From IMG/VR virus record IMGVR_UViG_3300036795_000211, positions 9,708 to 73,707 of that record: a stretch of 64,000 nt of DNA; one strand, 5' to 3'. This DNA comes from a virus. Below are positions 56,933 through 64,000 of this stretch, piece after piece. Made by a program: the position numbers and the translations under genes. A model generated the notes under the pieces. That model was given only the letters and a program-made list of their open reading frames with translations, was not told where the DNA came from and did no database searches. The stretch's first letter is position 1; each line of letters opens with the position of its first letter.

Positions 56933-57103
56933 ATGACCCGACACACCCGGCTACAGCATAAGCTCAGCAGTTCGCACCGGGATGCTAGACGGCGTAAGCT
57001 GTCCCGGCGGTATCCCGGACCCCGCGCCCAGGAGTACAAAGCGCGGCGAATTAACGTCGAAAGCCTCTGGCAGGTCTTCTTCGGACGGAAGGCGAAGTCG
57101 TGA
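56933..57103 (+). CDS. 56 aa basic ORF (not in track)
   Basis: GGAGG RBS; stop overlaps next GTG. Confidence 0.4.
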   Translation: MTRHTRLQHKLSSSHRDARRRKLSRRYPGPRAQEYKARRINVESLWQVFFGRKAKS

Positions 57104-57249
57104 TCTGTCCCCCGTGTCGTGATGCCGGCGAAGAGACGACTCTCGGTAATACCTCGGGTGCGGAGATGTTTCACCAGCACTGCGCCGATCCGCTTACGTG
57201 TCCGTGTCAGCACAAACTAGAGTCGGTTGTCATTCAACCCGATAACTGA
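57100..57249 (+). CDS. 49 aa Cys/His-rich ORF (not in track)
   Basis: MICPPCR..H..C..CPCQH pattern seen in actinophage small proteins. Confidence 0.5.
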   Translation: MICPPCRDAGEETTLGNTSGAEMFHQHCADPLTCPCQHKLESVVIQPDN

Positions 57250-57255
57250 TAGGCT
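57227..57255 (+). promoter_or_regulatory. SigA-type promoter TTGTCA-N17-TAGGCT (near-leaderless polymerase mRNA)
   Basis: ATG 8 nt after the -10 element; no SD. Confidence 0.65.
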
Positions 57256-57263
57256 GGTTACCT

Positions 57264-59816
57264 ATGGTCAGATATCGCGCAAGTGCCAGCTCAGGGTGCG
57301 CCTCTTGCCCGTTGAAGAGCCTAGCGGGTAATCACCGTTGGGTCCCGGGTAGCGGTCCGGCGAAGGCACGCTTGGTCATTGTCGGGGAAGGACCCGGAGA
57401 GACGGAGTTGATCACCGGCAAGCCGTTCATGGGTCGCAGTGGCGAGCTGCTGAATGCCACGCTCAATGCGAATGGCTTGGCGCGTCCCGATATCTACCTG
57501 ACGAACGCCAACGAGTGCAACGTCAAGGCCACGAAGGCCTACCAGGAGGCGTGTCACGATCGTCTCTTCGGGGAGATAGGGGCGCGGGAGCCCGATCTCG
57601 TAATCACCCTCGGTAAACCGGCGTTCCAAGCGGTATGCCAGACCAGCGATTCATTGGCGAATGCGGAAGGGGCATTGCAGTGGAGCCCGACCCTCGGGAC
57701 GTGGGTATTGCCTACCTGGCACCCCGCGGCCGCCCTCCGCGCGGACTCTTTCTATCCGCCGATCGCCAACACATTCTGGCGTGCCTCCCGGTTCCTGGAT
57801 GGTACGACCCCCCTCCCGCAGCCCGGTGGCGCAAAGCGGAACTTTCGCTGGACCTTCTTCCGTTCACCGGAGGGAGCGATCAAAGGTATCCGGTACTACC
57901 TCAATCGGGCGCGGGAGAAGAAGATCACGGTCTCGATAGACACCGAGTCGTGGACGAAGATGTCCCCGTACGAGATCGCGCACAACCTGAAACCGAAGGG
58001 TAAAGGTCGACCGCATCCGGAGCGCGATGAGTGGATCATGCTCCAGCTTTACGACGGGAAACGCGCATGCGCAATCGACATGACGGCGATGAACGATGAG
58101 TCACGAAAGTGGATCAAGCGACTCATCACCTCGCCTCGGATTCTCTATACGGGTCATAACATCTGCACATATGACACCCGGGTCTTTCGCCATAATCTCG
58201 GTGTATGTCCCGCTGACGAAAGCATCCGTGATACGCTCCTCCTGGGGCTGGGACTGTCCGAAAGAGCTAGTGCAATTGGCTTGGAGCCGCTATCTCGGAC
58301 GTGGCTCAACGCTCCGGCGTATAAGCAAGGACTACGGGACAGCGGCTACCGACATCAGAAAGGACCACAGAACGACGAGCAATGGCGGCACCTAGCCAGG
58401 TATGGAGTTGACGATGTCTACAACGGATACGAGCTCAACCGCATCCTCCCAGGTATGGTGCGTGACGAAGGAACAATGGGCTTGGTTCGCAACGTCCTTC
58501 AGCCCCTCGCGCTCACGTGCGGGCGAATTGCGTCTCGTGGCCTCCCCGTTGACACCACGCAGTTCGACAACCTCCAAGAGCACTGGGGCGCAAAGGTAAC
58601 GCACTTCGCGGACCAACTAGATGCGCTGGCCACGGAAGCCGGTTTCCCGTTGGACCCCGCGGTCAAGAAGGGTGATACGTTCAACCCGAACAGTCACCCG
58701 CAATTGGCGCATCTCGCCTTCGACGTCCTGGGCTTGAGTGCAACGGACGGCGCGACAAACCGTAAGTTCACTTCGAAGTTCAATCGGGCGCGTAATCCCC
58801 GGTCAGTGGACGCTGACTTCCTCATCGGACACGAAGACACCGAGTTCTCGCAATTGATGCAGCAGTACCGCATATACTTCAAGCTATATCGTACCTACGT
58901 CCTCGGCTTGCTAAGGGAGATCGATCCCGATGGGCTCATTCACCCCGATTTCAATCTCGCCGGAACAGCCACTGGGCGGCTGGTGGTCAAGCCCCTGCTA
59001 CAGGTACTTCCGCACTACGGCGCACACCGACTTTTGGCTGACGAGGATTTCGCAACCGAGACACGTCGCCTTTTCCCTGCCCGACCGGGTTATCTTCTCG
59101 TCGCCGCCGACTTCAAGCAGCTGGAGATGCGAGTTGCTGCTGCCCTATCTGGTGACCCGCAACTTGCTCGAACACTCGAGGCTAGTGACCCCCATGCTGT
59201 AACCGCACGGTATATGTTCCAGCGGGAAGGCGTTGACGATGCCGACCGCCATGCGGCCAAGCGAGTAACCTTCGGGGTGATGTATAACCGATCGGCATTC
59301 ACGTTGTGCCGTGGTCCCCTACTGGACGTTCTCGGGGGAATCGCGATCCCGGAGGCCGTTCGGTATAAGAAGGCGCAGGAGTTCATCGATGCGTTCTGGA
59401 AGGTCTACCCGCAGTACTGGGACTGGCAGCTCGCGAAGAAGGAAGAAGCACTTACGCGCGGCGAGCTAACTACCCCGTTCGGTCGGAAGCGTCGTTGGCC
59501 GTTGATCACGCACCAGAACAAGCGAGAGATCGAGAACCAAGCGGTCAACTACCCGATCCAATCGGCGGCCTCCGATATGTGCTCAATGGCCCTGGTTCAC
59601 CTCGAGCCGGCCTTGCAGGGTGTCGGCTATCCGCTTTACACGGTACACGACCAAGTGGTAGCGGAGATCAAGGAGGAGCGGCTGGAGGACGGTATTCGGA
59701 TCATGCGTGAGGTAATGATGACCCCGTTGTTCGAAACGCACGGGGTCGCGTTTGACGTAACCGTGGAAGTCGGCCCTAACCTGGGCGACGTAAAGAAGTG
59801 GACGGTAGCAGCATGA
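57264..59816 (+). CDS. polA: Family A DNA polymerase with N-terminal family-4 UDG-like domain and 3'-5' exonuclease
   Basis: UDG4: CASC, VGEGPG, FMGRSG, TN..EC, WHPAA; exonuclease: DTE, HN..YD, YGVDD; polymerase: TATGRL, DFKQLEMR, KRVTFGVMY, VHDQ. Confidence 0.93.
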   Translation: MVRYRASASSGCASCPLKSLAGNHRWVPGSGPAKARLVIVGEGPGETELITGKPFMGRSGELLNATLNANGLARPDIYLTNANECNVKATKAYQEACHDRLFGEIGAREPDLVITLGKPAFQAVCQTSDSLANAEGALQWSPTLGTWVLPTWHPAAALRADSFYPPIANTFWRASRFLDGTTPLPQPGGAKRNFRWTFFRSPEGAIKGIRYYLNRAREKKITVSIDTESWTKMSPYEIAHNLKPKGKGRPHPERDEWIMLQLYDGKRACAIDMTAMNDESRKWIKRLITSPRILYTGHNICTYDTRVFRHNLGVCPADESIRDTLLLGLGLSERASAIGLEPLSRTWLNAPAYKQGLRDSGYRHQKGPQNDEQWRHLARYGVDDVYNGYELNRILPGMVRDEGTMGLVRNVLQPLALTCGRIASRGLPVDTTQFDNLQEHWGAKVTHFADQLDALATEAGFPLDPAVKKGDTFNPNSHPQLAHLAFDVLGLSATDGATNRKFTSKFNRARNPRSVDADFLIGHEDTEFSQLMQQYRIYFKLYRTYVLGLLREIDPDGLIHPDFNLAGTATGRLVVKPLLQVLPHYGAHRLLADEDFATETRRLFPARPGYLLVAADFKQLEMRVAAALSGDPQLARTLEASDPHAVTARYMFQREGVDDADRHAAKRVTFGVMYNRSAFTLCRGPLLDVLGGIAIPEAVRYKKAQEFIDAFWKVYPQYWDWQLAKKEEALTRGELTTPFGRKRRWPLITHQNKREIENQAVNYPIQSAASDMCSMALVHLEPALQGVGYPLYTVHDQVVAEIKEERLEDGIRIMREVMMTPLFETHGVAFDVTVEVGPNLGDVKKWTVAA

Positions 59817-60244
59817 CGAACGAGGATATTAACGTGGCCGCAGCAACGTCTCGTGACGCTACGGAGTACGCGAATCCCCTCCCAAACGAGTACGTACCGC
59901 CGGTTAACCCGAGAGCACTCGAATACTTCGGCGCAAAAAAGGTCGAAGAGCGCACCCTTCAGCTACTTGCGGGACTACCGAACGGTCAGACCGCATCTTA
60001 CGCAGTGCTGCAGAACGCCGCAATTGCGGAATTGGCACTGGAGGAGATACTCGGTGAACCGACGTGATCTATACGACCGCATCGACCATCTGGCATAACC
60101 CGCGAGAGTACCGCTGGGAGTTCGTTGACGAACGTGCTCGGGTAGTAGCGTGGATCGCCGATGAGATGCTCGCTAGGACGTATCCGGAACTACTACTGAC
60201 CCATCATAACGGCGTAATACGTCGAATCGCCTCGGAGGCATTCA

Positions 60245-60772
60245 GTGCAGACACTGCAGGTACCCGATCATCTGTTCCCCGCGCTGCAGAAGATGGTCGT
60301 GACGCTGACCAAGAAGGGGCATGACTACTCGAACTCCGATGAGGACTGGGGCTCGAACTTCGCGACCACGTCCGACCACTTCGGGATGCACCCGTGGGAG
60401 GCCGCCGATTTCAACGAACTGCAGAAGCTGGCCCGACTCCGTGCCCTTCGAAGGCGTCCACACGGTCCCCGGAACGAATCGGTCGAGGATTCGTACCTTG
60501 ACAAGGCGAATTTCGCCCTGCTGGCGTACGCGCTGTACCTACTCGCATACCCGCCGCAGCAGGAGTTCGACCTCTCGAATCCGGAAGTCACCGCAGCTGC
60601 GAAAGCAAATTTGGCGCATTCCGCCGGCGCATACGGTATCCCCCAGCGAATGACGGACACGGATGCCTACGCTCGTGGTCCGTACCAGTCCGGTGGCCGC
60701 AACGAGGTTCACCACGCAACCCCCGAGGAGCAGCGGATCCTGGCCCGTCGCGAGCAGACAGACCACACCTGA
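60245..60772 (+). CDS. Nmad1/DUF1599-like all-alpha nucleotide-modification-associated protein
   Basis: KKGHDY..NF..KLARL..NESVEDSYLD.ANF pattern. Confidence 0.65.
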   Translation: MQTLQVPDHLFPALQKMVVTLTKKGHDYSNSDEDWGSNFATTSDHFGMHPWEAADFNELQKLARLRALRRRPHGPRNESVEDSYLDKANFALLAYALYLLAYPPQQEFDLSNPEVTAAAKANLAHSAGAYGIPQRMTDTDAYARGPYQSGGRNEVHHATPEEQRILARREQTDHT

Positions 60773-60787
60773 CCTGCAGTTTCTCGC

Positions 60788-60816
60788 TTGCCGGCACCAG
60801 GCGTCTCTGCTAGACT
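60788..60816 (+). promoter_or_regulatory. SigA-type promoter TTGCCG-N17-TAGACT
   Basis: Consensus match. Confidence 0.7.
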
Positions 60817-60840
60817 GGTGGTTGGAGAGGGAGGTGCGCG

Positions 60841-61113
60841 GTGTCAGCACTCGAGCACAAGAGGACCGCATCGAGGTACTACCGGGAAGGCCGCAAGTGG
60901 GCCCGACACGCAAAGGAATGGGCGCAGGCAGCGCGGGACACCGAAGTCAGCCTGTCGAAGGCCGAGCCCGAGGACGTTGAGTTCTACACGTCGCAGCTTT
61001 CGTCCTGGGAGAGGCTGGCCGCTAGTGCCGCCTCGTGGACCGAAGAGTGCCGCCGCCAGGCTCGATTCTATCGGGGCCTCCAGCGTGACGCCGCTAAGCG
61101 GGAGGCAGCATGA
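60841..61113 (+). CDS. Hypothetical protein
   Basis: GGAGGT RBS after promoter. Confidence 0.55.
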   Translation: MSALEHKRTASRYYREGRKWARHAKEWAQAARDTEVSLSKAEPEDVEFYTSQLSSWERLAASAASWTEECRRQARFYRGLQRDAAKREAA

Positions 61114-61243
61114 TCGACACCGACAAGCTCGCCCGAGAGATCGTGTGGCTCGCCCTGTATTGGGCAGACGGCGATCCCAAGAAGCTGGACGAAGCCGAAG
61201 AGATATTGCGCCGGACCCCGGTGCTCGAACACAAGGAGAAGTA

Positions 61244-61771
61244 ATGGCCGCCAAGATCCATACCGTTGCGAAGTCGATGAAGGAGGTGGAGTGCACGAAG
61301 TGCCACGACACGATCCCCGTGGGCTCGCCCTACCAGTACTTCAAGCCCGGATATCGCGGGAGGCTGAAAGTGCGCCGGTGTATGAAGCCGGACTGCACCC
61401 CGAAGCGTTCCGAGCTGGACACCAGTAAACTGGCGGAGGTATACGCGGCCCAGGAGGACGCCACGGACACGATTGCGAATGCGACAACGATCGCCGATGT
61501 CACGGAGGCCGTTGACGCCGTTCACGAGGAAGCGGAACGCATCCAGCAGGAATACCAGGACGCGGTCGATGCCTCGCCGATGATGTCCGGTCAGATGGAG
61601 GACCGGATGAGCGCCCTCGACACCTACATCAGTGAGCTCGAAGGGTTCGACCCCGGAGAGACCGAGGAACTCGGTGACGACCCCGATGACGAGGCCCAAG
61701 CCGAATACGACGAAGCACTCAGCCGGGCCCGTGACGAGGCCCTCGACCTTATTGGATCATTCGAGTTCTAA
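61244..61771 (+). CDS. Hypothetical Zn-ribbon plus acidic helical protein
   Basis: CTKC..I..G..Y..C; AAGGAG RBS. Confidence 0.6.
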   Translation: MAAKIHTVAKSMKEVECTKCHDTIPVGSPYQYFKPGYRGRLKVRRCMKPDCTPKRSELDTSKLAEVYAAQEDATDTIANATTIADVTEAVDAVHEEAERIQQEYQDAVDASPMMSGQMEDRMSALDTYISELEGFDPGETEELGDDPDDEAQAEYDEALSRARDEALDLIGSFEF

Positions 61772-61792
61772 CCACGAGGAAGGACCACTGCG

Positions 61793-62536
61793 ATGGCTAC
61801 CGATTCCGCGATCAACCGCCTTGCAAAGATGCTCCAGTACGCCGAGCGTGGCGACACCCCGGGTGAGCGAGATGCCGCAACTGAGAAGGCACTCGCATTC
61901 GCCAAGAAGCACCAGATCGACATTGCCGTCGCGATGTCCAAGAAGGGGACGGACCACTCCGTAAAGAAGGAGAAGACGCGGTTCGCGATTCCGCTCAAGC
62001 GACCGATGATGCAGCAGATGACGCTCGCGACCCACGTGTTCCGCTTCGCCGGGTGCCAGGTGCTTCGCTTCGGGCGGGGTCGTGACCTTCGTCTGGTCGC
62101 ATTCGGCTTCGAATCGGACATTGACACCGGGCGGATGCTGTTTGCGTCCCTGGTCGTGCAGGCCGAGCGCCGCTGCGCAGCCGAATGGAAGGCGCACCTC
62201 GCGGCCCCCGTGTATTTCCAGGAGAAGCCGCGTACCTTCCGCCGCGGTTTCTACGAGCGCTATGCCGATGAGATCTTCTGGCGCCTCGACGCCATCTCCC
62301 GCGCCGCCGAAAAAGCGGCCGAACTTGACGCCCCCGGTACCGGCCTCGCTATCCGCAGTAAGGACGACGAGATGAAGGCCTGGATCGCCGAGATGTTCGG
62401 GACACTGGGCAAGGCGCGTAAGCAGACCGGTACCCGCCTTTCCTCCGCGGGTAGGAGCGCGGGGGCCCGAGCCGGTCGCGAAGCAGATCTCGGCCAGAGC
62501 ACCCTTGCCAAGGAGCACCCGGGGATTGAGGGCTGA
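61793..62536 (+). CDS. DUF2786-like protein
   Basis: INRLAKML..AE..TPGE.DAA..KA..KHQID N-motif; FRRGF; G..AG..ADLG. Confidence 0.7.
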   Translation: MATDSAINRLAKMLQYAERGDTPGERDAATEKALAFAKKHQIDIAVAMSKKGTDHSVKKEKTRFAIPLKRPMMQQMTLATHVFRFAGCQVLRFGRGRDLRLVAFGFESDIDTGRMLFASLVVQAERRCAAEWKAHLAAPVYFQEKPRTFRRGFYERYADEIFWRLDAISRAAEKAAELDAPGTGLAIRSKDDEMKAWIAEMFGTLGKARKQTGTRLSSAGRSAGARAGREADLGQSTLAKEHPGIEG

Positions 62537-62545
62537 GACCCGGTT

Positions 62546-62585
62546 CGGGCACCTCCGGGGTGTGCTAAAGGTCCGGAGGTGCCCG
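62546..62585 (+). terminator. 13-bp stem-loop after DUF2786 gene
   Basis: cgggcacctccgg / ccggaggtgcccg. Confidence 0.55.
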
Positions 62586-62631
62586 GTGCGGTATCCGGTG
62601 CCGGACCTGCCGCTATGGTTCTGGGTCCCGG

Positions 62632-62660
62632 TTGACAGGACCAGTGATGTCTGCTAGACT
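62632..62660 (+). promoter_or_regulatory. SigA-type promoter TTGACA-N17-TAGACT
   Basis: Consensus match. Confidence 0.75.
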
Positions 62661-62689
62661 TGGTGTACCGAGGAAGAGGGAGGCCAAGG

Positions 62690-63082
62690 ATGGCAGCCAG
62701 AAGGACCCGCAGCGGTACAACCCGGCCGGTCAGTGCCCGCACCGCGAAGAGGCGAGCCGCGAAACTCGCAGCCTCGAAGGTGGCCGCAGGCCGGTCCGAG
62801 CGCAACGAGCAGGGTGTCGAGTCAATGGCGCAGGCCCGTGCGTTCGATCGCAAGAAGAAGCGTTATCGCCGGCTCGGCCTGTGTCACCCGTGCGCATCGC
62901 AGGCGGCGTGGGGACACCAGTGCGGATTCGGTAAGGGGCGCATTCACGACCCGTGCGCAACCTGTGCCCCGATCGTCGCAGGGTTCCCGGACGCGGGGCC
63001 GACCGACAGCAAGTGGCGCAAGTGCCTCGCCAAGGTGGAGTACCTGACCAAGGCCGAGGCTCGGGAGTTGGGGCTCATATGA
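62690..63082 (+). CDS. Hypothetical Cys-rich basic protein
   Basis: GLCHPCASQAAWGHQ..PCATC motif; GGAGG RBS. Confidence 0.55.
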   Translation: MAARRTRSGTTRPVSARTAKRRAAKLAASKVAAGRSERNEQGVESMAQARAFDRKKKRYRRLGLCHPCASQAAWGHQCGFGKGRIHDPCATCAPIVAGFPDAGPTDSKWRKCLAKVEYLTKAEARELGLI

Positions 63083-63327
63083 GTGCAATCGAAAAGGCGT
63101 TCGCACAGCACGGGATCACCGTGGAAAGCGTCGGGGACGGTGTGCTGATCCCCGAGGCCGAAGCGTACGAGCTCATCGGGTACCTGGAGCTAATGCACGG
63201 TCAACTCTACAAGCGCGGGCTGTGCGCAAACGGTTCGCCGATCCTCCCGGGTGACCACGTAGCGCCCCTCGCAACTGAAACTCCCGAGTAGCGCCAGTTC
63301 ACGGGGGCGGCCGGCACTACAACCACG

Positions 63328-63356
63328 TTGCCGGCCGCCCCGCAGTCTGCTAGACT
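63328..63356 (+). promoter_or_regulatory. SigA-type promoter TTGCCG-N17-TAGACT overlapping a terminator hairpin
   Basis: Consensus match; the -35 lies in the ggggcggccggca/tgccggccgcccc inverted repeat. Confidence 0.65.
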
Positions 63357-63714
63357 GGAGGGGAAGAGGGAGAGTGACGGACATGACAGCAACGAAGTAT
63401 CGCGTGTGGCGCCGCAACGACGGATACATCTCGGCAACCGCGTACAACGTTTCGACACGGGAGTTCGAGATCCTTCTCGTGACCGAGGACTGGACCGAGG
63501 CCCGCGACCTGATTGCGTCCGAGCGCAAGGCCGCCGGTCACCCGGAGAACGGGTGGCTCTGGACGTGCCAGATGGCGGACTGCGAAAACGATGCCAAGCC
63601 CCGTCCGGTGTACGACGCGAACCCGAACCCCGCCGCCAGAAAGCAGATCGGAACCACGTCGATTTGCACCCCGTGTCAGACCGCGATCGACAACCTGAAT
63701 GCGAAGGTGACCCG

Positions 63715-63939
63715 ATGACGCTAACCGCTGGCGAACTCAAGGAACTGCTCGAGGACGTGTCGGACGAAACGCCGATTCACTTGGCGCACCAGCCGCGTTA
63801 CCCACTGGAGTACACCGCACAGCAGGCCGTCCTTTCCGAGGACGAGGACGGCAACCCGGTCGTGTTCATCGCCGAAGGTATCCAGGTCGGGTACCTTTCC
63901 GGTGTCGCAGGCCTCGAACTGGGATGGAGCGAACGATGA
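63715..63939 (+). CDS. Hypothetical protein
   Basis: LTAGEL.ELLE..LAHQPRYPLEY..VFIAEG.Q.GYL actinophage family motif. Confidence 0.55.
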   Translation: MTLTAGELKELLEDVSDETPIHLAHQPRYPLEYTAQQAVLSEDEDGNPVVFIAEGIQVGYLSGVAGLELGWSER

Positions 63940-64000
63940 CCGAGTTCAGTGACGAGACCATCCGCAAGGGAACGGCGGACTGGTTCAACCGCGAAGGACC

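Noticed and set aside
24300-64000. Long minus-strand ORFs in the early arm (e.g. 31319-32413, 43015-43887, 49082-49957, poly-Ser 27434-27967)
   Set aside because: Shadows of motif-bearing plus-strand genes; the poly-Ser ORF is the reverse of the D/E tail
1-64000. Integrase, immunity repressor, endolysin or sigma factor
   Set aside because: None recognisable in this window; lifestyle and the source of the late sigma cannot be decided here

Overview
High-GC tailed phage (siphovirus-like, almost certainly infecting an actinomycete). The window holds two divergent arms. The minus-strand arm (23829 to <1) is the virion operon: TerS, TerL, portal, MuF-like protein, an unusual 10 kb insert of head-associated genes, Mu-type protease/scaffold, decoration protein, major capsid, head-tail joining genes, major tail protein, frameshifted tail chaperones, and a tape measure with a lytic transglycosylase domain that runs off the left edge. 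The plus-strand arm (23923 to >64000) is the early/replication region: SNF2 and Dda/RecD-like helicases, Cas4-like exonuclease, primase-helicase with a probable origin behind it, AAA recombinase, SSB-like protein, two resolvase-like nucleases, a 7-deazaguanine DNA-modification cluster (queD, queE, folE, TGT/DpdA-like, gat-queC), and a family A polymerase fused to a UDG-like domain. No integrase, tRNA or CRISPR array was seen. Highlights: (1) stand-alone effector-like genes between MuF and the protease that share short peptide tags and a candidate protease-cleavage motif, suggesting a capsid-cargo system; (2) a cassette of three secreted ricin-B-like lectins plus a membrane-anchored Ig-like protein; (3) a two-sigma programme, with 16 SigA/HrdB-type promoters on the early arm and GGWWT-N16-GGGTAY (SigF/SigB-type) promoters, two with a dyad, on the virion arm; (4) several structured non-coding RNAs, one with attenuator architecture ahead of the modification operon; (5) a Gat-QueC with Ser in place of the N-terminal catalytic Cys. 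All family assignments come from motifs recognised by eye; no database searches were run.
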